DNA of 64,000 nucleotides from a virus. The stretch is from positions 39,800 through 103,799 of the IMG/VR virus record IMGVR_UViG_3300030329_006476; one strand, given 5' to 3'. Positions 57,269 to 64,000 of the stretch are shown one piece after another. Numbering within the stretch: the first letter of the stretch is position 1; every line of letters begins with the position of its first letter. The position numbers were made by a program, and so were the translations under genes. A model generated the notes under the pieces. The model was not told where the DNA came from. It ran no database searches and saw only the letters and a list, made by a program, of their open reading frames with translations.

Positions 57269-57877
57269 TTATTTAATGAACATCCAGTTTCGGGAAGGCA
57301 TTTTTTCCGTAGCGCTTGTCTGATACCACCAGTCCCCATAATAGTTCAAGGATAGGTTGTATTTGTGCGCCAAACAAAATTCGTCAACGGCTTTTTTTAC
57401 CCCAAAAGTGAAGCCAAAAACTTTTTCAATATCTTTTGCATGGTAATCATCTCCCATCATAATGCCGCCATATTTCAGCTTGGGATAAAACAATTCTAGG
57501 TCCGACTTGACGCCCTCATACGAATGATTGCCGTCTATATATACAAAGTCTAAAGAATTTTTCGCAAAATGACAATGGGCATTATGAGAATATTCCCTGA
57601 TGATTTCGTATCTGCTCGACAAACCTTTTAGATTTTCTATTGTCTGGTTGTAATCCGATTGATGGTCATGAATGTTTTCATCATAAACAGATTTGTCTTG
57701 TTCTTCCCAAGGGTCAATCAAATAGAGCGTGGAATGATGCCACCCATCGAGCAAAATCTTGGAAAATTCTCCTTGCTTTACTCCGATCTCCGCGCCTATT
57801 CCATGGGGGCATAATTTATTTAACAAAGATGTTATATTGCGCCTATGACTTTCATAATAGGAGACTATTTCTTTCAT
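57269..57877 (-). CDS. class I SAM methyltransferase (Methyltransf_24-like)
   Basis: AEIGVKQG, IDPW, DFVYIDGNHSYE, GDDY. Confidence 0.85.
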   Translation of the reverse strand: MKEIVSYYESHRRNITSLLNKLCPHGIGAEIGVKQGEFSKILLDGWHHSTLYLIDPWEEQDKSVYDENIHDHQSDYNQTIENLKGLSSRYEIIREYSHNAHCHFAKNSLDFVYIDGNHSYEGVKSDLELFYPKLKYGGIMMGDDYHAKDIEKVFGFTFGVKKAVDEFCLAHKYNLSLNYYGDWWYQTSATEKMPSRNWMFIK

Positions 57878-57977
57878 GGTTTTAAAAATTCTTTTACTTT
57901 AAATTGAATTTTACTCTCTCCCTCCCAGTCAATTAAGTAACTTTTGGGCTTGGATATACGCTTAAGAGAACCAGTCA

Positions 57978-58556
57978 TTAAGTTGCAGATCTAATTGCAC
58001 ATATGAACTTTAAAACCTGACCTTCTTTGAAGTCTCTTTTCCCTAAATTGCAAAATTGTGTTACAAATTGCACATTACCTTGTATATAACCACTTTCTGA
58101 ATTAATTCTATCCAGTGAAGCGCAAAATGGCGAGTATCTATTTTCTGCAAGAGTTGCAGGTAGCTCCATTTTTACTCCTGAAATAGCACATTTTCCATCT
58201 TGGGTTTCCCATAAATCTTTTAAGGACTCTAGTGTTATATTAAATGATTTAAATTTTGTTTTTTGAGTTTCTGTTTTGTATTTAGCTCGCCTTATAAAAT
58301 ATCTAAATGGCGAGAACTCATCTCTTTGGCTTCCTCTTATAAGGTTATCATTAGCCTTACCAGCCCATGGCTTAAGGTGCAAGTACTGTTTTTCTCCTGC
58401 ACCTAAAGCCGCCTCTTTAAGGCTTTTATAGAACTTATAATCAGGATTAATGCTAATTCTTCTAGTATATTCGCTTTTGTCTTTCCAGAAATACTCTCCT
58501 GAGTGCGCGCATTTTAATTTAACATGTTTTCTTCCTTTGATTTTCTTTTCTTCCAT
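57978..58556 (-). CDS. HNH-like (homing) endonuclease
   Basis: QDGKCAISG...SLDRINSESGYIQGNVQFV...CNLGK; start moved to ATG 58556 because the longer ORF overlaps the tmRNA. Confidence 0.75.
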   Translation of the reverse strand: MEEKKIKGRKHVKLKCAHSGEYFWKDKSEYTRRISINPDYKFYKSLKEAALGAGEKQYLHLKPWAGKANDNLIRGSQRDEFSPFRYFIRRAKYKTETQKTKFKSFNITLESLKDLWETQDGKCAISGVKMELPATLAENRYSPFCASLDRINSESGYIQGNVQFVTQFCNLGKRDFKEGQVLKFICAIRSAT

Positions 58557-58598
58557 ATAAAATATATACACAATTTTTGGTGGAAGTGGAGGAAAAAA

Positions 58599-58999
58599 TG
58601 GTGGAGGTGGCGGTAGTCGAAACCGCGTCCTGAGCATCTTCAAACAAACACATCTACAAGCTTAGTCAATTTTTTTTATAGTTATGATATTGACATCCAA
58701 CTTCTTGTTTCAATTATTGGCAGTTTGTGATACAAGCAAACTTTTGTCTGTTTTTGCAGATGGATGACCCCTTGTCCCCTTTATCTGCGTCAAGAAGCAA
58801 GAGGTAGCGGGTGTTTAAGCCGCTAGGGCAAGCTTGCGGCCCTTGAAGCCGAAACGCTTCGCAGCGAGACGGTTCTTGAAACCTAAAGCTCTAACACGGT
58901 TTTTGTTGCCATGTACAACTTTGCGCCTTTTTTCGAAGCCGGGCGCCTCTTCGACTTGCAGTGCATGAATCCAACCCCAGTCGAATCCATTACACCCCC
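58599..58999 (-). ncRNA. ssrA: tmRNA
   Basis: 5' GGGGGTG...GGATTCGAC; 3' T-arm GCGGTTTCGACTACCGC and CACCTCCACCA; G3:U70; tag ORF 58815-58910 ending LALAA-stop. Confidence 0.95.
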
Positions 59000-59023
59000 A
59001 TAAATTTTTCAAAGAACAATAGT

Positions 59024-59052
59024 AGTATACACCATTCATTCTTTTTTGTCAA
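59024..59052 (-). promoter_or_regulatory. tmRNA promoter
   Basis: TTGACA-17-TATACT. Confidence 0.8.
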
Positions 59053-59398
59053 GCTTTTTGAACCATTGGCGAAATTTCTCCCACCATGAGCCACAGCATG
59101 GGCAAACCTTTTCCTTGAGAAAACGAGCGGCGCGACGCCCGTAAGCAATGACCGCGTCATACTTCGCAACCAAACAAATGAGCGCCACAAAACCCCCGAG
59201 TATTACAAAGATCACCCATGCGGAGGTATCCGGCGAGGCATAAAGAGGGGCCTCCGCAGCCTCTATGACTTCAGCGGCCGACAAAACTCCTTCAAGCTCA
59301 TCGGGAGGGACGTCGGCAGGAGTAGAGAAACGTTTTTTCGAGCTTACGCAGGAAAACAGAAACAGGGGTAGTGCAATTATTATTTTTTTCATGAACAT
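59036..59398 (-). CDS. lipoprotein / membrane protein
   Basis: LFLFSC lipobox plus a second TM segment. Confidence 0.6.
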   Translation of the reverse strand: MFMKKIIIALPLFLFSCVSSKKRFSTPADVPPDELEGVLSAAEVIEAAEAPLYASPDTSAWVIFVILGGFVALICLVAKYDAVIAYGRRAARFLKEKVCPCCGSWWEKFRQWFKKLDKKE

Positions 59399-59439
59399 CT
59401 TATTATACGAGTTTTATACTGAAAATCAAGTGGAATAGG

Positions 59440-59580
59440 AGTAGTGCTGGTAGTACTGGTGGTCGTGGTAGTACTGGTGGTGGTAGTACTGGTGGTGGTA
59501 GTACTGGTCGTACTGGTACTGCTTGTACTGGTGCTAGTTGTAGTTGTGCTAGTTGTGCTAGTAGTGGTGGTTGTTGTCGT
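59440..59580 (-). repeat. Thr/Ser-codon tract (ACN/AGY x47) in the -1 frame of the upstream gene
   Basis: 47 consecutive Thr/Ser codons, including repeated ACCAGTACTACC units. Confidence 0.85.
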
Positions 59581-60680
59581 TAATTTTTTTTTTCTATGTG
59601 AGAAGACAATTTTTCATAGGAGGCGGCACGCGCCTGCCGAAAGTTCATGTTGGCGGCAAGAAGCATCACCACGGCAAGGGGGTCGAATACGAAAACAAGA
59701 ATAAGAATAACCGCTCTTACGGCCTCCGCCAAGACTACGTTGTCCACGCCGAAGTCTTCTATGAGGGCGGCAATGTACTTGATTGGCCCAACCTCAACCT
59801 CCAAGCCGTCCAGCACCGATTGAAGTTCGAACTTCTTGGTCTCGAAGCCATCGACGCGGCCATAAGCGTCGCGAATATTATTTTCATAAGCGGATACGTC
59901 GGGCGCTACCGAGGAGACGGAACCACTGTCTTGAAAGGATTCGAGCCGAGCGCGAATGGCCGCAATCTTTTCATCGGCCAGCTGTCGCGAAGCGCTTATC
60001 TTGGTTTCGATCTCCGTCTTTTTAAGGGCAATGGACTCACGGGCACCCTTTTGGCGCTCCGCCAATTCCTCCAGCTTCTTTTTCTTACCGCTGAAGATAC
60101 CCCCCGGAGCAGCGGCCACGGCGCCCACCTCGGCATCAAGAGTGGAAAGTTGTTCGTTCAGGCGGTTCAGGGCGTCCTCGTCATACTTGACCGAAGCAGA
60201 AAGGGATTGCTGGATTTCAGTTATTTTGCGCTGTTCCAGTTCAATGTTGCCGTCCGTGCGCTCGACAGCGGAAGAAGCGGACTCTTCCACGCGATCAATC
60301 AATCCTTGCTGGCGCTGGATATAGGCATTTTCATTACTGATCTTATGTTCGATCTGAGATAATTGATTGGTAATGTGGCTGACTTCCCGCTGTTGTTCAA
60401 TGTGGGATTTGCTCAAGAAGCCGAAAATACCCATGCTCGTAATGCCGATGAGCACGACCACGGCAACCGTCAAATAAAACTTGAGCATTCGCGGTGCCAG
60501 CTTCCAATTGTGATGAAGCCAACTGGCGCACACCAACTTCCCGACCTCGAGGGAGGTTCCCATGATTACGATGGGCCAGAAGGCGCCGGGAAAGATCGTC
60601 GTAAGGCCCGCTATGCTAAAATAAATCGCGACCCCCGAGATACTTAACGCGGACGTCAGGATCAAATAGGGCAACAGCAT
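59580..60680 (-). CDS. membrane coiled-coil phage protein (DUF4407-like)
   Basis: 3 N-terminal TMs (LEVGKLV, ITSMGIFGFLSKSH), long coiled coil, EVGPIKYIA, VFDPLAV TM; ends in an A10 run. Confidence 0.8.
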   Translation of the reverse strand: MLLPYLILTSALSISGVAIYFSIAGLTTIFPGAFWPIVIMGTSLEVGKLVCASWLHHNWKLAPRMLKFYLTVAVVVLIGITSMGIFGFLSKSHIEQQREVSHITNQLSQIEHKISNENAYIQRQQGLIDRVEESASSAVERTDGNIELEQRKITEIQQSLSASVKYDEDALNRLNEQLSTLDAEVGAVAAAPGGIFSGKKKKLEELAERQKGARESIALKKTEIETKISASRQLADEKIAAIRARLESFQDSGSVSSVAPDVSAYENNIRDAYGRVDGFETKKFELQSVLDGLEVEVGPIKYIAALIEDFGVDNVVLAEAVRAVILILVFVFDPLAVVMLLAANMNFRQARAASYEKLSSHIEKKN

Positions 60681-60832
60681 TAGTTTTTCTTTTTCTTCTT
60701 GTCGTATTGACTATAGCAGACCGCAGCGCGTTGTTTGCCGTCGGGAAATTCCTTTTTGGTGACCGAGTCGGACATGCAGCGAGTCATGAAGTCCTTTCGT
60801 TTCTCGCCGTTGCTCTTTGTAGGTAAAGGCAT
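60680..60832 (-). CDS. small conserved phage protein (50 aa)
   Basis: Hand-read MPLPTKSNGEKRKDFMTRCMSD...EFPDGKQRAAVCYSQY; TAATG overlap. Confidence 0.7.
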   Translation of the reverse strand: MPLPTKSNGEKRKDFMTRCMSDSVTKKEFPDGKQRAAVCYSQYDKKKKKN

Positions 60833-60855
60833 AGCACTTAAGCGCCGGAATAAAG

Positions 60856-63800
60856 TTAGCTAAGAAGAGCCCAGCCTCCCGGTTGATATCCGGCAAATCT
60901 TCCTGAAGTTGTGTTGTAAATCATTTCTCCAAAGGTTGGGCTAACGATGTTATTCATATCCGTAGTAGTCATGCGTGGCACAACGAGACCATGTTCAGTG
61001 GACTTAACCTCCAAGGCGCCCACAGGGGTGACGCCGGCAACGACCCCTATGCCAACCCTGCAGTCAGTAGCGCTCACCCCGGACATTCCAACGATGCGCG
61101 CGACAAAGTCGCTACCGCAGATCACTTGATTCCCAGATGCTCCCACATAAACCTTGGGATGAACCACGTCAAGAGTCGTAGTGTCATCAGCAAACCCTGC
61201 GTACGCCCCTGCGTCGTTCGGGTCCGTAAAGTTAGCCACTATGTTGCTGGTGTTCGCGGGCTTGTTCCTAACGTGCAGAGGGTGATGGGGAGCGGTCGTC
61301 CCTATGCCGACGTTGCCGTTAGAGGCGATGCGCATGCGCTCTCCCAGATCCGTCTCTGAAGCGCCAGAATTCGTTGAGAAAATTAAATCAGAGCGAGCAT
61401 CAGTGTCCCTCATCCGGCTTTCTATGGAGCCCATAAGATCCGTATCATAACCGCCGAATACCAGACTCACACCTTCGTTATTATCATTGGCAAGCCAATT
61501 AGTGAGCTTTAGGCCTGTTACAGTTGCTCCTTGTGCTGAGCTCATTATTTCTAATCGAGCATCAGGAGTCACAGTCCCTATTCCGACGTTGCCGGCTGTA
61601 TCAATGCAGAATTTCGGCTCATCCCAAGCTGTGCCAATGAAAAAATCATCAGTGGACCCGGCGTTGGGCTTCGTCGCCAATCTCCAGTCCTCTGTCCCAG
61701 TGGTGGAGAGTTTAACTCCGGCACTAGAGCTATCGGTACCTCGGTTTATGCGCAGAAAAGTGGAAGCAGAGCTCTGGAGGTCCAGTAGCTCCCCGGGACT
61801 AGCCGTCCCTATGCCGACGTTGCCGCCCAGAAAGTACGAAGAGGCGGAGCTATGAAGATAAACATTGTTAACCCCTGCTGCGTTCGCAATCTGAATATTT
61901 CCATTAGGAGTAGCTCCGTGACCCAATTTAACATGATCACCCGCTGCCGTACTCAGGCCCAAACTCTGCGCACCGGCACTAAAGAGTGTCAATGCATGCG
62001 CCGGACTTTTTGTACCAATACCTACCCGAGGAAGGTTCGCACTGCCGGAAATCGTAACGTACTGATTGGCGTCGACATCAAAACGAATGAAGGAACCGTC
62101 ACGCCCATTACTCGTATCTGCCTGCAGGTAAAGATTACCATTGGAATTCTTAAGATAACCTGTCGCATTAACATCCGAGTCGACAAGCTTCACATAAGGC
62201 AAGGAAGCATGAATACTAAGAGCATCGGATGGATTATCCGTCCCTATGCCGACTGAGCCCATAAACGTATTGGGAACTAAGGGCGGCTTGCTCCGCCCCA
62301 AGAAGCCGAGATTCGACGCATTCGAGTTAAAAGCGACGCCGAACATATCGGCGCCTAAATACGGCACCTCGAAAGCTCCATCGTTGAACGCCTCGCTTGC
62401 ATTCCAAACATCCGCCCTCCATGTACGCCCATAATCCGGACTACGATAAATGTTGGTTTTAGTTGAATTGACTCCCCAGAAGTGATTTGCGGCTATCACT
62501 AAACCATTTCCCCCGTACCCTAGACATACTACAGGGTGTGTCGCCGGAAAAGGCGTACCGGCAACCGGTTTAAAACTAAAACCATAATCCAAACTTTTAT
62601 AAAGGACCGGGTCGGGAGCCTGCAGGTAATTTCCCCCATACGTACCCCCGGCTAAAACCGTTCCATTTCCACAGTCCACAAAATTTTCCACAGCGTGCTG
62701 ACCACTCAAGGTCTGCGCCACTTGCCAACTCGCGCCCCTGTTAGTACTACGATATATAACGCCACTCATTTCCGTTGCGGAATTATATGTACCCGTACCC
62801 AACAACGAAGCAACAACGCGATCACGTCCCACTCCCATTACATCCAGCGCCCCACTACTCGCTATATTGAGGGGAACGGTCCAAGTTTGCCCATAATCAG
62901 CACTCCTTATTACCGCTCCCGAGCCATTATCGTAGTGGGAGACCGTCCCCAAAATCACTCCCGCGCCAATGTGGTTCAACGCTCTACCCGCGCTGTAATC
63001 CGAATTCTCATACACGGTAGTCCACGTCGCCCCAAGGTCGACACTTCTGGCTACAGCAATCTTATTCGGAGCCTGTGGATCCGACACTGTTGCCAGTACC
63101 GTATCGCCCGTCACACAAGCAATAGCGTCTACCGACCCGCTGGTTCCGAAAGTGTGCAAAAGCTGCCAGCTTCCGGAACGTCCATAATCCAGACTGCGAA
63201 ATACTTTTGCATCGCTAGCCTCGCTACCGCCACCGGCAAAAACCACTCCATCCCCCCGACTCGCCATAGTCTTGAATTTTTTAACAGTACCGGGCTTAAA
63301 AAGAGCCTCATCCCAAGATGCACCTATGTCATCTCGACCACCCACAGACAGTTTAGCCCTGTCGGGCGTGATCGCCGCATAGGGAATGTTGGTGGCCGCC
63401 ACGTTGCCATCTACGCTAAGATCGCCGCCACTGACGTGGAGTTTTGTGCTCGGATAATTCGTCCCTATGCCGACGTTGCCGCCGGTAATATAGGAATCGC
63501 CGCTGGCGGATAGTTTAATGCCTACTATACCATTATCGCTGAGGCCCCCTGCGGGGGAGTGATAAGTTAAATATAAGGACGTGCCCGTCTGGGAATCTAC
63601 AAATAACCCACCAAGATTAGATGAGCTGTAGCCCGGCTTCATCATCCGATAAGCATATTGCCCGACGGGAGTAGTGGCCTCGACATGTCCATCAATACTA
63701 AGAGCCGACTGGGGATCGTTCGTCCCTATGCCGACGTTGCCGTCATTTTTAACCGTCAGCAACGTATCAGAAGCATTGTCGATAACATGCAATGCCCTCT

Positions 63801-63999
63801 GCGCGCTATCACTCCCATTAACCTGTATTAACACACCAAAAGGGTTGGTAGTGGAGGTATTTTTAAAACGTGCAATATAATTACTTGCAACAGACTTTGT
63901 AACATCTAATGTATAGGCCGGAACATTCGTCGCTATGCCGACGTTGCCGTTGTAGTCAATATGAAATCTATCGATAGTGGAACCGCCCGCGCTTTCTCT
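60856..63999 (-). CDS. tail fibre / receptor-binding protein with GNVGIGT repeats and an Asp-box beta-propeller (5' end outside the window)
   Basis: Frame stays open past 63834 to the window edge; multiple G(N/S/R)VGIG repeats; RSxDxGxTW Asp boxes. Confidence 0.85.
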   Translation of the reverse strand, partial: RESAGGSTIDRFHIDYNGNVGIATNVPAYTLDVTKSVASNYIARFKNTSTTNPFGVLIQVNGSDSAQRALHVIDNASDTLLTVKNDGNVGIGTNDPQSALSIDGHVEATTPVGQYAYRMMKPGYSSSNLGGLFVDSQTGTSLYLTYHSPAGGLSDNGIVGIKLSASGDSYITGGNVGIGTNYPSTKLHVSGGDLSVDGNVAATNIPYAAITPDRAKLSVGGRDDIGASWDEALFKPGTVKKFKTMASRGDGVVFAGGGSEASDAKVFRSLDYGRSGSWQLLHTFGTSGSVDAIACVTGDTVLATVSDPQAPNKIAVARSVDLGATWTTVYENSDYSAGRALNHIGAGVILGTVSHYDNGSGAVIRSADYGQTWTVPLNIASSGALDVMGVGRDRVVASLLGTGTYNSATEMSGVIYRSTNRGASWQVAQTLSGQHAVENFVDCGNGTVLAGGTYGGNYLQAPDPVLYKSLDYGFSFKPVAGTPFPATHPVVCLGYGGNGLVIAANHFWGVNSTKTNIYRSPDYGRTWRADVWNASEAFNDGAFEVPYLGADMFGVAFNSNASNLGFLGRSKPPLVPNTFMGSVGIGTDNPSDALSIHASLPYVKLVDSDVNATGYLKNSNGNLYLQADTSNGRDGSFIRFDVDANQYVTISGSANLPRVGIGTKSPAHALTLFSAGAQSLGLSTAAGDHVKLGHGATPNGNIQIANAAGVNNVYLHSSASSYFLGGNVGIGTASPGELLDLQSSASTFLRINRGTDSSSAGVKLSTTGTEDWRLATKPNAGSTDDFFIGTAWDEPKFCIDTAGNVGIGTVTPDARLEIMSSAQGATVTGLKLTNWLANDNNEGVSLVFGGYDTDLMGSIESRMRDTDARSDLIFSTNSGASETDLGERMRIASNGNVGIGTTAPHHPLHVRNKPANTSNIVANFTDPNDAGAYAGFADDTTTLDVVHPKVYVGASGNQVICGSDFVARIVGMSGVSATDCRVGIGVVAGVTPVGALEVKSTEHGLVVPRMTTTDMNNIVSPTFGEMIYNTTSGRFAGYQPGGWALLS
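61297..63949. repeat. dispersed 22-bp repeat CGTCCCTATGCCGACGTTGCCG
   Basis: Exact at 61297, 61804, 63460, 63721; 1 mismatch at 63928; 2 mismatches at 61573; 15-bp partial at 62239. Confidence 0.85.
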
Positions 64000-64000
64000 G

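Noticed and set aside
58815-59039. 74-aa ORF ending LALAA
   Set aside because: It is the tmRNA tag frame extended through the tRNA-like domain, not a gene.
59440-59580. Repeat tract as a CRISPR array for the Cas12f-like protein
   Set aside because: It is a trinucleotide-periodic Thr/Ser codon tract with no constant repeat and unique spacer structure. No CRISPR array was seen anywhere in the window.
59444-59704. Plus-strand Val/Leu-rich ORF
   Set aside because: Antisense shadow of the Thr/Ser codons.
253-63880. Numerous plus-strand ORFs in the track (e.g. 253-654, 2893-3393, 59571-60362, 62695-63513)
   Set aside because: Antisense to well-supported minus-strand genes and without motifs. Only 21586-21759 and 39304-39615 were kept.
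1-64000. tRNA genes
   Set aside because: No cloverleaf or T-loop signature was found by eye other than the tmRNA; tRNAscan-SE or ARAGORN would settle it.

Overview
This window looks like part of a large lytic dsDNA phage genome with almost all genes on the minus strand. The ECF sigma type and a Gcw_chp-like porin hint at a PVC (Verrucomicrobia-like) host, which is inference. Layout: 1-27 kb holds rIIB/rIIA and dense early hypothetical genes with sigma70-type, often leaderless promoters, plus a macrodomain, a Cys-less QueF, a RuvB-like ATPase, an ECF sigma and an SF2 helicase. 27-33 kb holds a tightly coupled operon [double-Fis-HTH protein, sigma factor, TnpB/Cas12f-like protein with altered RuvC triad D-D-H, small ORF, paralogous double-Fis-HTH protein, paralogous extended sigma factor]. 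This operon is the best candidate for a new system: a phage-encoded RNA-guided transcription module. 33-58 kb holds nucleotide metabolism, Clp and replication genes (split DnaE, exonuclease, GMP reductase, primase, DnaB, RecA). 58-64 kb holds an HNH-like endonuclease, a tmRNA with a long basic tag, a membrane protein with an A10 slippery site leading into a 47-residue Thr/Ser tract, and a modular tail-fibre gene. No CRISPR array or tRNA was seen. All family calls come from motif recognition, not database searches.
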